A stretch of 64,000 nucleotides of DNA from Candidatus Woesearchaeota archaeon (GTDB taxonomy: Archaea; Nanobdellota; Nanobdellia; Pacearchaeales; GW2011-AR1), in contig CAYPBR010000001.1 of the NCBI GenBank assembly GCA_964409005.1, forward strand, positions 18,383 through 82,382, read 5' to 3'. Every line of letters begins with the position of its first letter. The first letter of the stretch is position 1. This document shows, in pieces, positions 52,411 through 61,781 of this stretch. Both the position numbers and the translations under genes were made by a program. Below the pieces are notes generated by a model, which made no database searches, had not been told where the DNA came from, and worked only from the letters and a program-made list of their open reading frames with translations.

Positions 52411-52580
52411 AAAGCTCCCTAGAATATTCTATTTATATTTTTTCGCGCTCTTCACGCCAATATTTAGAACATTAGAACCACCCCCTAGTTTACTCACGGG
52501 TACTCATCCAATTACGTTCTGAAAGGGTTATCCCTTCCCCACACAATATAAAATTATTTAAAAACATTAAACTATACACC

Positions 52581-52613
52581 TATAATAAACCCATCAAATC
52601 TTTATTTGTCCAC
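52581..52613 (-). promoter_or_regulatory. promoter-like motif class B, copy 3
   Basis: sense GTGGACAAATAAAGATTTGATGGGTTTATTATA. Confidence 0.55.
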
Positions 52614-54430
52614 TATTTTTTTTTAAAACCTAATAATGGTTGTTGCATTTCACTGGTATCGATTATTTGATCTATTTTTGATTTAGGTTTATAGTTACCA
52701 ATCAAACTTGAAAGATTTAACATTGTTTGTTCTATTATTTTATAAATTGAAATCCAGTATATCAACAAACCTACATCAGACCATTCTTTTTCCTGTTTTC
52801 CAGATTTTACAAAATCTTCCATTTCTCTTTTAAATTTTTCATCTTCACCAAGTTTGATTAATAATTTTATTTCTCTTCTATTAACATCGCCAGCGCTCCA
52901 CTTCTTCTGTGATCCTTTTCTTTTTTCATATTGTGTTAAGAAATTTGCTACTTCACCGGGGGCCCATCCTTGAGCATACCTTCTAAGTGAAGCGGGAGAA
53001 TCTTCATCTATAAATAAACCAAATCTTCTCGTCAAAATTTCTCTATCAATAGGATTTTTAAAGACTCTATTTAAAGATTGTTTGACTCCACTTTTCACTA
53101 CTGCTTTTTGAGCTTCAACCCACGGATCAATTCTATAATGACCAAATGTTTCTATCTCCTCATCATTAAGTATACTTTGCATAGTTGTTGCCGTATTGCT
53201 CTTCGGATCAGCAATTATTTTCTGAAGTGATTCCATTTTTTTACTTTGACTTTTTGCATTTCTTACTTTTTCAAGTGTCCACGGATAAGCAATGAAAGTT
53301 TTGTTACCTTTAATATTCGCAAGACTTTTACGTTTAGATTCTAATGTTTCGAGAATTTCAGCATCGGAAGGTATTGCTTTATCATGTGCTTCTTTATATT
53401 CATCAAGCGTATCTTTAAAGAACCACAAGTACATTTGATTTTTAGCGGAAGCCTTTAAATGACCACCAGCACCACTTCCCACAGCAAGAGCCGCCGCCAA
53501 ATCAGCTTTAAGAAATGAAAGCACATAAGTTTTAAAAGTCGCTCTTTTATCTTTCGGTTTATTTATTAAAAATGATTGAGCCGCTTTCATCACTACAACA
53601 GCGGCTTCCATTTTTAAATCTTCTTGTTCAAATCCAAATTTTCTTGCATCCCATCCACCTTTAAGACGAGTGTTATAATACTTACCTGCAATTTTTTCAA
53701 ACATATCCCAGTTTGCTCTTACTAATTGCTGAGCTTGATCTTTGATGCCTTCACTAATAAGCCTTGTGTTCATTGCTCTAACTTCTATTTCTGTTTGATC
53801 AGCTTTTTTCTTTTGAGTTAATTGCTTTTTTGTCCAACTTGACTTTGCTTTTCTTTTTACATTTTCTCTTGGTACGCCTTTTTTAATATAAGTTTTACTA
53901 TTAGATATAAATTCAATATCAAGTTGTGTAGGCGCTTGAGTAGTAGTCCCATTTGTTGCAATAACTTTACCAGTATAACTTTCTCCACCAAAATTAAATG
54001 ATACAGAAGTTCCAATCTTTATTCTTTCGGCAGTAAAAATTTTTTGACCTTTACCTCCTGCCATTCCTAATTTTTGTTTTTCAAGAAATTTCTTCTTTTG
54101 CTTTCGAGTTTCAAAATATTTATGTTTTCCTTCTTGATAAAAGTCTTCAATTTTTACTTTTTTCTTAGTTATGACAGGTTTTTTCTTAACTGTGAGCTTA
54201 GGCGTCGTTTTCTTTACAACAGGCTTCTTTTCAATAACAAGTTTTTTAGTAACAGGTTTTTTTACAACTAACTCTTTTTTAGCAATAGACTTTTTCTTTA
54301 TAGGTTTTTTTACAACTAATTTCTTCTTCGGTTCGTCATAAGTATAATACCACTTACCTTTTATCTTTTTCTTGCTTTTATATTTTGATCCTGCTACTGA
54401 ACTTCCTTTAACTGGCATGATTACCTCCAT
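52613..54430 (-). CDS. large sigma70-family-like protein with Lys-rich N-terminal extension
   Basis: region 2 LVRANWDMFEKIAGKY / EDLKMEA..MKAAQSF / TFKTY; region 3 IPSDAEILETL; region 4 DREILTRRFGL..GEVA..VNRREIKLLIKL. Confidence 0.75.
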   Translation of the reverse strand: MEVIMPVKGSSVAGSKYKSKKKIKGKWYYTYDEPKKKLVVKKPIKKKSIAKKELVVKKPVTKKLVIEKKPVVKKTTPKLTVKKKPVITKKKVKIEDFYQEGKHKYFETRKQKKKFLEKQKLGMAGGKGQKIFTAERIKIGTSVSFNFGGESYTGKVIATNGTTTQAPTQLDIEFISNSKTYIKKGVPRENVKRKAKSSWTKKQLTQKKKADQTEIEVRAMNTRLISEGIKDQAQQLVRANWDMFEKIAGKYYNTRLKGGWDARKFGFEQEDLKMEAAVVVMKAAQSFLINKPKDKRATFKTYVLSFLKADLAAALAVGSGAGGHLKASAKNQMYLWFFKDTLDEYKEAHDKAIPSDAEILETLESKRKSLANIKGNKTFIAYPWTLEKVRNAKSQSKKMESLQKIIADPKSNTATTMQSILNDEEIETFGHYRIDPWVEAQKAVVKSGVKQSLNRVFKNPIDREILTRRFGLFIDEDSPASLRRYAQGWAPGEVANFLTQYEKRKGSQKKWSAGDVNRREIKLLIKLGEDEKFKREMEDFVKSGKQEKEWSDVGLLIYWISIYKIIEQTMLNLSSLIGNYKPKSKIDQIIDTSEMQQPLLGFKKK

Positions 54431-54489
54431 TATAAATCCACCCCTCCCGTCAGGGATGGGACGAAAGGGGTGGTGAGAAAGAAAAAAAT

Positions 54490-54933
54490 TTATTTAGATA
54501 TTAATGCTACAGTTAATCCCCCACCAAGAAAAGACACCACTCCTATAATAACTCCTGTTAATATATTTTTACGTCGATTTTCTTTTTTATCATCTACTTG
54601 AAAATTTTCAATTACTGTATCTTCAAGTTCAAATTCATAACGAAGATGAGCAATTTCTATACGAACAGGTTCTTCATATGATATATAAAGATCACTATCT
54701 GCAAGAATATAAGTTGCAGGCGGCAATATTATTTCAGCAGAAGCTTTCTCAATATAATCATACATTTGAATGAAAACTATTAACTGCTCCAAACTTACAG
54801 ACCTTAACCATATTTCTACTTCTTCATCCGTTAACGGTTTGTAATCATTTGGATAAATTGAGACTATCGAGAGCATTATCATCAATAGGCTTAACATTAC
54901 GACGATCAGTGACTTCATGTTTTCCCTCCGCAA
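54490..54933 (-). CDS. membrane protein, possibly spanin-like
   Basis: N-terminal signal/TM and C-terminal TM; overlaps the upstream membrane gene. Confidence 0.4.
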   Translation of the reverse strand: MRRENMKSLIVVMLSLLMIMLSIVSIYPNDYKPLTDEEVEIWLRSVSLEQLIVFIQMYDYIEKASAEIILPPATYILADSDLYISYEEPVRIEIAHLRYEFELEDTVIENFQVDDKKENRRKNILTGVIIGVVSFLGGGLTVALISK

Positions 54934-55216
54934 TTATAATTTTTCCTTCTACTATTCCAGCCGATTTGACGTCTTTTGCTTTTATTTGTTTTCCCTTCTT
55001 ATTAATTGGCAATTTAACCGGAATATACCTTGTACCATTCTTTACATGAATAATTGTATCATCATTAACATCCGCTATAAAAGCTATTGGCTTTTCTACT
55101 TTCCCTATAATGACTTTTCTTATCTTTAAAGTTGCTATAGTCCCAGCAATAGCAACTGCAATAAATCCTATAACTTTTATTACGACCTTCCAATTCTTTT
55201 TTATCCATTTCCACAT
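54845..55216 (-). CDS. membrane-anchored protein, possibly spanin-like
   Basis: single N-terminal TM helix; overlapping gene pair. Confidence 0.4.
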   Translation of the reverse strand: MWKWIKKNWKVVIKVIGFIAVAIAGTIATLKIRKVIIGKVEKPIAFIADVNDDTIIHVKNGTRYIPVKLPINKKGKQIKAKDVKSAGIVEGKIIIAEGKHEVTDRRNVKPIDDNALDSLNLSK

Positions 55217-55221
55217 TTTTT

Positions 55222-55959
55222 TTATCCCTTTTCAATTAATTTTATTTCTTTTCTACAATTAGCTAAAAAATCTTCAACTTCCTTAATAACAAATTTACTA
55301 CCTATTTCAACTTGATACTCATTATTTATAACAGGATTTTCTTCTATATGATCTATAGCTTCCCATATTCCCTCTGTTATACCAGTTTCTCTTTGTTTAA
55401 ACTGTTGAAGAGCTTTTTTCATAACAAACCATTTCCAGTATAATGGTTCTTCTTTTTGATATTGTTCATTAGTAGGTGCATTGCCATTATTTTGTTTTAT
55501 AAGAAATTGTCTACACTTCTCAAAATGTTCAACCATACAAGCTTGATTTGTCATATTAATATCTTCTGAATCGATTGCATTTTGTAAACGTTTTATCTCA
55601 ATATCCAAATATCTTTTTTCTTCTATTGCACTTTTACGTTCTGGCATTGAAACTGTAACAGTTATGGTATCAACATTTTTATTTTCTTTCATATCGATAT
55701 ATTCATTTAATCTACGTGTTTTTTCTTCTTTATCCAATAACATTCTACGAAGTTCAAATAAAGCAAATTGATACTGTCTCATAAGAAAATGAAAATTATG
55801 AGCTATAAAATTACCCTCTTTTCTAATTGTAAATTTTTCAATGTCGAATTCTGATTTTAATTGCCCCATTTCAATAAATTGATTTTTAAGATTGTTAAAT
55901 TTCTCATCAACACCCTTTAATGAGATTGACTTAATAAAATCTATCATACTTTCTTTCAT
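55222..55959 (-). CDS. hypothetical helical protein next to tail-fibre genes
   Basis: 245-aa ORF, coiled-coil-like. Confidence 0.45.
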   Translation of the reverse strand: MKESMIDFIKSISLKGVDEKFNNLKNQFIEMGQLKSEFDIEKFTIRKEGNFIAHNFHFLMRQYQFALFELRRMLLDKEEKTRRLNEYIDMKENKNVDTITVTVSMPERKSAIEEKRYLDIEIKRLQNAIDSEDINMTNQACMVEHFEKCRQFLIKQNNGNAPTNEQYQKEEPLYWKWFVMKKALQQFKQRETGITEGIWEAIDHIEENPVINNEYQVEIGSKFVIKEVEDFLANCRKEIKLIEKG

Positions 55960-55984
55960 TTTTTTTCTCCCTATTATTTTTAAA

Positions 55985-57052
55985 TTATGCTCCAGAAGTA
56001 TTCTCTATAGCATAAGGTAAATCGCCTTTATCGACTGCATTACCTATTGTTAAACTAGTATCCATATACTGAATAACGTTAATTCCTCCCTCTAATGTAC
56101 TTCCCCCGCTTAAAAAGCCTAAATTATTTGAGTTATAAGAACTACTATTACCTGCTCTCCAAAGCGATACAGTTAAATTACCTCTATCAATTGCATTACC
56201 AGTAGTAGTTAACATATTTATATAATCTATTACATTATATCTTTCTCCACCTCCACACATAAAGCCATAAGTAGAGCCTGATACTCCTACGACAGACCAA
56301 CCAGCAATAGTTAAATTCCCTTTATCTAATGCGTTACCAGTTGTTGTTGTAACATTTATATAATCAATATAATTTCTTCTATTGCCGCTATAATATCCAC
56401 CACATATGAATCCATAAGTAGAACTATTCACTCCACCACATAAATAAGTTATAGCTCGTGATAAATTTCCTTTATCAACTGCATTTCCTGAAAGAATCGA
56501 TGTATCAATATAATCTATTACATTATAATAAACACTACCAGGATCGTTTTCTCCTCCTGCCCAAAAACCATATTGAGGCCCATGAACAGAACTAAGTGAA
56601 TGTCTTGCTACAGTTAAGTTACCTCTATCAATTGCATTACCAGTAGTAAGCGTATTATCTATATAATCTATTACATTATAAAGTTGATTAGGCAAAACTC
56701 CTAAGGGGTCTATATAATGACCACCACCAAAAAAATCATATAATCCTCCAGCAAGACCAGCTAACAAATAAACTAATCTTGTTAAGTTACCTCTATCAAC
56801 TCCATTACCTGTAGTAGTATTTACATTAAAATAATTAATTTCACTAACACATGTAAGAGCACCACCAATAACACGTTTTCCACCAGCATTATAAGCGTAA
56901 CGATTTGTAGTTACTGCCATTGGCTCCCAAATACCGGAAACTTTAACCCAAATATTTTTTAACTCTTCCCAGTTTCCTGATACTCGTGTAAATGATCTTA
57001 TCATTCTTTCCCATACACCACTTTTACGAGACCAAATATTAAAACCAAACAT
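55985..57052 (-). CDS. tail fibre / receptor-binding protein with six ~50-aa repeats
   Basis: six copies of a NVIDYI...GNAxDxGNL-type repeat; VSGxW N-terminal repeats. Confidence 0.7.
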   Translation of the reverse strand: MFGFNIWSRKSGVWERMIRSFTRVSGNWEELKNIWVKVSGIWEPMAVTTNRYAYNAGGKRVIGGALTCVSEINYFNVNTTTGNGVDRGNLTRLVYLLAGLAGGLYDFFGGGHYIDPLGVLPNQLYNVIDYIDNTLTTGNAIDRGNLTVARHSLSSVHGPQYGFWAGGENDPGSVYYNVIDYIDTSILSGNAVDKGNLSRAITYLCGGVNSSTYGFICGGYYSGNRRNYIDYINVTTTTGNALDKGNLTIAGWSVVGVSGSTYGFMCGGGERYNVIDYINMLTTTGNAIDRGNLTVSLWRAGNSSSYNSNNLGFLSGGSTLEGGINVIQYMDTSLTIGNAVDKGDLPYAIENTSGA

Positions 57053-57061
57053 ATAAGCTCC

Positions 57062-58168
57062 TTAATATTTAAACCACATATCTCCGTCCGCACCACCGGA
57101 GGGATCATTGATAGAAACAGTTTTTTTACTACTACCCCACATTTCAGAATTTAAATTAACACAAAGTGATCCATTTGCCAACCCTACATTTCCCGAAGCA
57201 TTACCGGCATCCGCTCCATCAACTTTATCTGCATTAAAAGAATTTCCGGTTCCTTGACGAGCTCCATGCACAACAGCCGAATTAGTATCTATTGCTTTGT
57301 GAGTATTTATATTATCAGCATTGCCTTTAATATTCTCAACTGTCCTTCCAGCTCCTGCTATTTCTTGCAACGCATTTTCAACCTCTGTCGCTGTAATTCT
57401 CCCACCTGCGTCAGCAATTGCCATATCTATAGCTTTAACTTGACTTGCTCCAAGTCCCCAGTCTATATCTTCCGTTTTTATTGTATCGTTAGAATGACTA
57501 CCATCTTCATTATGACTTATTCTAAATAAGGTTTTAAAATCTGAAACACTTCCCATTCTAAATGTTGCTGCTGTTTCTGTTGTCCAGTTAGCAGTTACTT
57601 CAGTATCATATCCACTTGTACAATTTTCTATATCAGCATCCAAAATAGAAGTAGATTCTCCGGTATCAACTGTTATTTCTGCTATTTTTACCCACCCGGC
57701 TGTATGAGTAGGTGCAACTCCAGCCCCCACTATACCATTAATAACCTGCGCTTCTAACTCATATCTTTTTTTTGTATATATATTCTGGTAAGAAATATCC
57801 TTAGTAACAGGATTTTTAAAAGCTCTTTGTTGCGAATCATAATCTGTTTCAAGCACTCTCACTTCCAGTGTATCAATTCTCGCTGAAGCTCCTCCGTTAG
57901 TTATTGAAATCGGCCCAAATAAACTTCCTGTATGAGCAACTTTACCTGTACTCCGACAATAACCCAACCCTATAGTAAAGTCTACATTCATTGAAGGCGT
58001 ACCACGTTGTTGAACATTTAATCCTGCAACTATAATATCGTTTGTAGCGTGACTAAAAAGCTCTTCAAAAATTGTAACTAAATTACTATATTCCTGTGTT
58101 TCAATAAAATTATAATCTTCGCTTTTAGCTATCTCATTACCTTCAAATCTAGCTGTTAAAATATCCAC
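57062..58168 (-). CDS. tail fibre protein
   Basis: EVENALQEIA, NADKVDG, C-terminal PSGGADGDMWF; in the tail module. Confidence 0.65.
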   Translation of the reverse strand: MDILTARFEGNEIAKSEDYNFIETQEYSNLVTIFEELFSHATNDIIVAGLNVQQRGTPSMNVDFTIGLGYCRSTGKVAHTGSLFGPISITNGGASARIDTLEVRVLETDYDSQQRAFKNPVTKDISYQNIYTKKRYELEAQVINGIVGAGVAPTHTAGWVKIAEITVDTGESTSILDADIENCTSGYDTEVTANWTTETAATFRMGSVSDFKTLFRISHNEDGSHSNDTIKTEDIDWGLGASQVKAIDMAIADAGGRITATEVENALQEIAGAGRTVENIKGNADNINTHKAIDTNSAVVHGARQGTGNSFNADKVDGADAGNASGNVGLANGSLCVNLNSEMWGSSKKTVSINDPSGGADGDMWFKY

Positions 58169-58177
58169 TTTATTCTC

Positions 58178-60697
58178 CTATCCAGAAATTATTTCTACTA
58201 TACCCTTAACACCTGCTGTTTTTACTAACTCTAAAAGGTCTGAATAAACTGTTGAAACATATCCACCACCCGGCCCGGCAATATAATCACTACTATAAAA
58301 AGAAGCTTGTTCTATATCTTGATCAGCACTAGCTTCAACTATTCTTATATTGTCTATCTGTATTTCTGAATTTAAAACAGCGGCCGATTCTATAAATACA
58401 GAAATAGCAAATCCAGTAGTAGCGGCATTCATAGTCCACACAATTTTTAGTCTTTCATAAGCGGAAGCGGCTTGTACTAAAATTTCTGTTGTATTCCACG
58501 CACTACTATAATATTCGTGTATTATAATTTTGTGTTCATTTGTAACTTCGTCAGCTTTTGCCCGACATTCAAAAACATAATCCGTACCTGCTACCAGTCC
58601 ATGCATATTAGATGTAGCTTTATCATCTGTTAAAAAAGTTTCAGCATCACCACCAGCGGCGGCTGTATCTTTATTAAGTTTCCAACTATACGTACCCATA
58701 TAAGGATCAGTATCTCTAGCCCATGTTTGACTTCCTGGAATAGGTTCGTAAGGAGTTGTTTCGTTAAATAACATGGGTGAAGTTGTACTTTCACATTCAC
58801 TATTATCCATCAAACTATCTTCATCACCAGGCCATGTACTTAAATAACCACCGCCAAAACTCCCTACAACTTTTATTAAAACCTTAATAGAAGGATATAA
58901 CTGCCAAATACCAAATTTAAGTAAATCAATACGAAATTTATAAGCTGTACCTGACGCTCCAGCATTAGACAAAGTAAAGGTAAGGTCTCTTGTATCTGCA
59001 TTACTCAAATAAACGCCTGCATATACATATCCAAGACCAACAGTTTCAAAATATTTTCCAGTTGAGCCTGATTGCCAAGTGTTATCAGAAAAATTATAAT
59101 AATAACTATCACCTGATCTTTGCACCTGAAAATAAATAAGGTTATCATCTGGGCACAATTCATTATCTTCATAAAAAAATGATATTTTATAATCACCTGC
59201 AACTACGGAACTTATTGTTTGATCTAAAGAGGCATTACTATTTGAACTGTCTATTTGATATTCAGGTGCCCTTAATCCAGAAAATCCTAACATCCTTCTA
59301 GCATCTCCTATCTTTCCAGTTTGTGAAACAGCCTTAACTCGTTCAATACCACTTGAAATACCGTATATATCTGAAGTGCCAAATGGACTTTCAAGCTGTG
59401 TCCATCCTGTCATACCATCTGTTGAAGTAGCTATTTGACCATCTTTTCCAACATCTATCCATTTCCCATCTATACTGTCATAAACTATATCACTTATAAT
59501 ATCGGTACCAAAAGTACTCGTTCTTTGTGTCCACGTACTACCATCCGGCGAAGTTATAAGAATACCATTATAACCTACAACTACCCATAAAGCAGAACCG
59601 CCTGTCAATTGATTATGGGCTACAGCATAAAGATCATCCTCAGTTGGAGTAGTTTTTAAAGAACTCCACACTTTACCATCTACTGAAGTAATCAATTTAC
59701 CCCTACTTCCAACAGCCACCCACAAATCAGTACCGTTATACCCAACGCTATAAATACCAGAAATGCCAAACACAGTACTTACTTGTGTCCAATTTATACT
59801 ATCGGAAGAATAATTAATTTTTCCGGATGACGAACCCATAACCCACAATCCTTCTGTACCTATTTTTTTATTATGATCAATACTAAAATGATTAAGAAAT
59901 CCTGGTATTGATCTAGCAGTCCAAGTTTCACCATCTGTTGATGTAATACAAGTATTAATCATTCCAACTGCTACCCACATACTATGTCCATTATAACCTA
60001 TAGCTTTTAGTTGTTGAGTAGTACCACTTATTTGAAGTATCCACTCTACTCCATCCGTTGAAGTAGCTATTTTACCTAAATCTGCTACTGCTATCCAAAA
60101 AGAAGAATTATCATTTTCTATACCATTAATAGATGAATAATTAAAAGGATTTGATACTTGAAGCCACCAGGCATCAACTACATTAACTATAATAGATGAG
60201 CCTGTTTCTGTCTTATTCCAATTAGTAAAAACATCACCTGATCCAATTTCAAAATCACTATTTAATAAAAGATTAGTTTCAATATAATTTTCTATTATAT
60301 AAATATCATCCTTATCAAAATAATAACCAAAAACATCTTTAAGGCACCATTTTGTCATCCAACTCTTATTGCCATTCCTTAATATAAGAGCATCAAATCT
60401 ATTCTTTAAGTCATCGTCTTCTTCGTCAAATATTCTTTGCAGTCCTAAAAAAAAGTATGCAAGTTTCTCTAAAAATTCGTCAGCAGCGAAATTAATATTT
60501 AAAGAATCGATTACAAAGTTAATATAACCTCTTAAAAACTCTAGTTCGTTAGCAATAGCACCCGAATTATAGTCCGAACTCTGCACTATAGGAATATTTG
60601 AAGCATAAATATCTTTACCAAAAATTGCCTCATATTCCTCACTAGTTTTATTTATAGGTATAAGAGCATTAATTTGATCAATTATTCTTGTACTCAT
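58178..60697 (-). CDS. baseplate/tail protein with beta-propeller and carbohydrate-binding-like domains
   Basis: repeated WVAVG..G.I.TS.DG..W units; follows baseplate J. Confidence 0.7.
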   Translation of the reverse strand: MSTRIIDQINALIPINKTSEEYEAIFGKDIYASNIPIVQSSDYNSGAIANELEFLRGYINFVIDSLNINFAADEFLEKLAYFFLGLQRIFDEEDDDLKNRFDALILRNGNKSWMTKWCLKDVFGYYFDKDDIYIIENYIETNLLLNSDFEIGSGDVFTNWNKTETGSSIIVNVVDAWWLQVSNPFNYSSINGIENDNSSFWIAVADLGKIATSTDGVEWILQISGTTQQLKAIGYNGHSMWVAVGMINTCITSTDGETWTARSIPGFLNHFSIDHNKKIGTEGLWVMGSSSGKINYSSDSINWTQVSTVFGISGIYSVGYNGTDLWVAVGSRGKLITSVDGKVWSSLKTTPTEDDLYAVAHNQLTGGSALWVVVGYNGILITSPDGSTWTQRTSTFGTDIISDIVYDSIDGKWIDVGKDGQIATSTDGMTGWTQLESPFGTSDIYGISSGIERVKAVSQTGKIGDARRMLGFSGLRAPEYQIDSSNSNASLDQTISSVVAGDYKISFFYEDNELCPDDNLIYFQVQRSGDSYYYNFSDNTWQSGSTGKYFETVGLGYVYAGVYLSNADTRDLTFTLSNAGASGTAYKFRIDLLKFGIWQLYPSIKVLIKVVGSFGGGYLSTWPGDEDSLMDNSECESTTSPMLFNETTPYEPIPGSQTWARDTDPYMGTYSWKLNKDTAAAGGDAETFLTDDKATSNMHGLVAGTDYVFECRAKADEVTNEHKIIIHEYYSSAWNTTEILVQAASAYERLKIVWTMNAATTGFAISVFIESAAVLNSEIQIDNIRIVEASADQDIEQASFYSSDYIAGPGGGYVSTVYSDLLELVKTAGVKGIVEIISG

Positions 60698-60706
60698 TAT
60701 GTTATC

Positions 60707-61780
60707 CTACGTAAATGTTATTAAAATAGTACCTGTACGAGCAATTTGACTATCGCTTATTGTCGTATTGCCTGAAGGCACTGTTAAGTTTATATCTAAA
60801 ACTCCATCAACCGCCATTAATACTTGTCTTATTTTATTTTGTATTACGTCGTCGCCTATAGAAAGATTATTTATATAATTTTCTATAGTAACTTGAGCGT
60901 TATATTCAATAGTAGTTTGAGAAATTGTACCGTCATCTGTTATTTCAACTGTAACGGCGATTGTAACTTTTGTAGGCGCTAAAACTCTTATATTTACGCC
61001 ACCAGCCTTATAACCTGGATTTGAAGCAGTACCATCACCCTCAATAACACTTAAAACAGAAGCTACTAAATCCGCCGAAGCTTCCCCAGCTCCATCATCA
61101 ATATATACAGTAGCATTATAGCTTGATACCGGCGGAAAATGTTCTATTACAGAAGCCGATCTCACACCCGTAACTAACTTAGCGCCTGTTATAAGACCAT
61201 TTATATTTGATCTCCCAAGTCCTAAAATATATTGTTGAAATCTTAATGCATACTCGCTATTAGTTTCTTCATTTTGACCACCTGTTGTGCCTGAAGCGTT
61301 GTCCACTGTTTCAACTCCTACTACTGGAGTCGTTATAGTTGTAATAGTATTTGCTGGTACATTTCCATCTGTACCTGTATCTTCGGCTAAAATTGCTATA
61401 GCGGCTGAATCTGTATTTCCATTTATTATTGACCCAAGTGCTGTTGTTTCAAAACGTGTACCATCCGAAGTACTTACAACAGTTCCTATTGCTATACTAA
61501 CAGTACCAATAGTTCCGGTTCTGGAAAATATAACACTGCCTGAAGCTGCCTGACCTGCTTCTCGATCAAAATTAAAAGCTTGAAATGGCGTTAAAAGAAG
61601 ACCTTTATCAAATCCAATTCGTGTTTTTATATAAAGTCTTTCCGCCACTATAGAAACTGCTTCACAATAAGTTCTTATAATTGATCCTTCATTAAAATCT
61701 GTTATTTTATCTTGATTAGCTATAATCCAAGAAGTCATATCATCTAACAAAGCCGAAAAAAGTTTAACTGCAAAAGCCAT
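60707..61780 (-). CDS. baseplate J-like wedge protein
   Basis: TDFNEGSIIRT, GTDGNVPANTIT, TGGQNEETNSEY..RF, YKAGGV. Confidence 0.9.
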   Translation of the reverse strand: MAFAVKLFSALLDDMTSWIIANQDKITDFNEGSIIRTYCEAVSIVAERLYIKTRIGFDKGLLLTPFQAFNFDREAGQAASGSVIFSRTGTIGTVSIAIGTVVSTSDGTRFETTALGSIINGNTDSAAIAILAEDTGTDGNVPANTITTITTPVVGVETVDNASGTTGGQNEETNSEYALRFQQYILGLGRSNINGLITGAKLVTGVRSASVIEHFPPVSSYNATVYIDDGAGEASADLVASVLSVIEGDGTASNPGYKAGGVNIRVLAPTKVTIAVTVEITDDGTISQTTIEYNAQVTIENYINNLSIGDDVIQNKIRQVLMAVDGVLDINLTVPSGNTTISDSQIARTGTILITFT

Positions 61781-61781
61781 T

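Noticed and set aside
55985..57052. Diversity-generating retroelement in the tail-fibre repeats
   Set aside because: No reverse transcriptase in the window and no template/variable pair with adenine-specific differences was seen.
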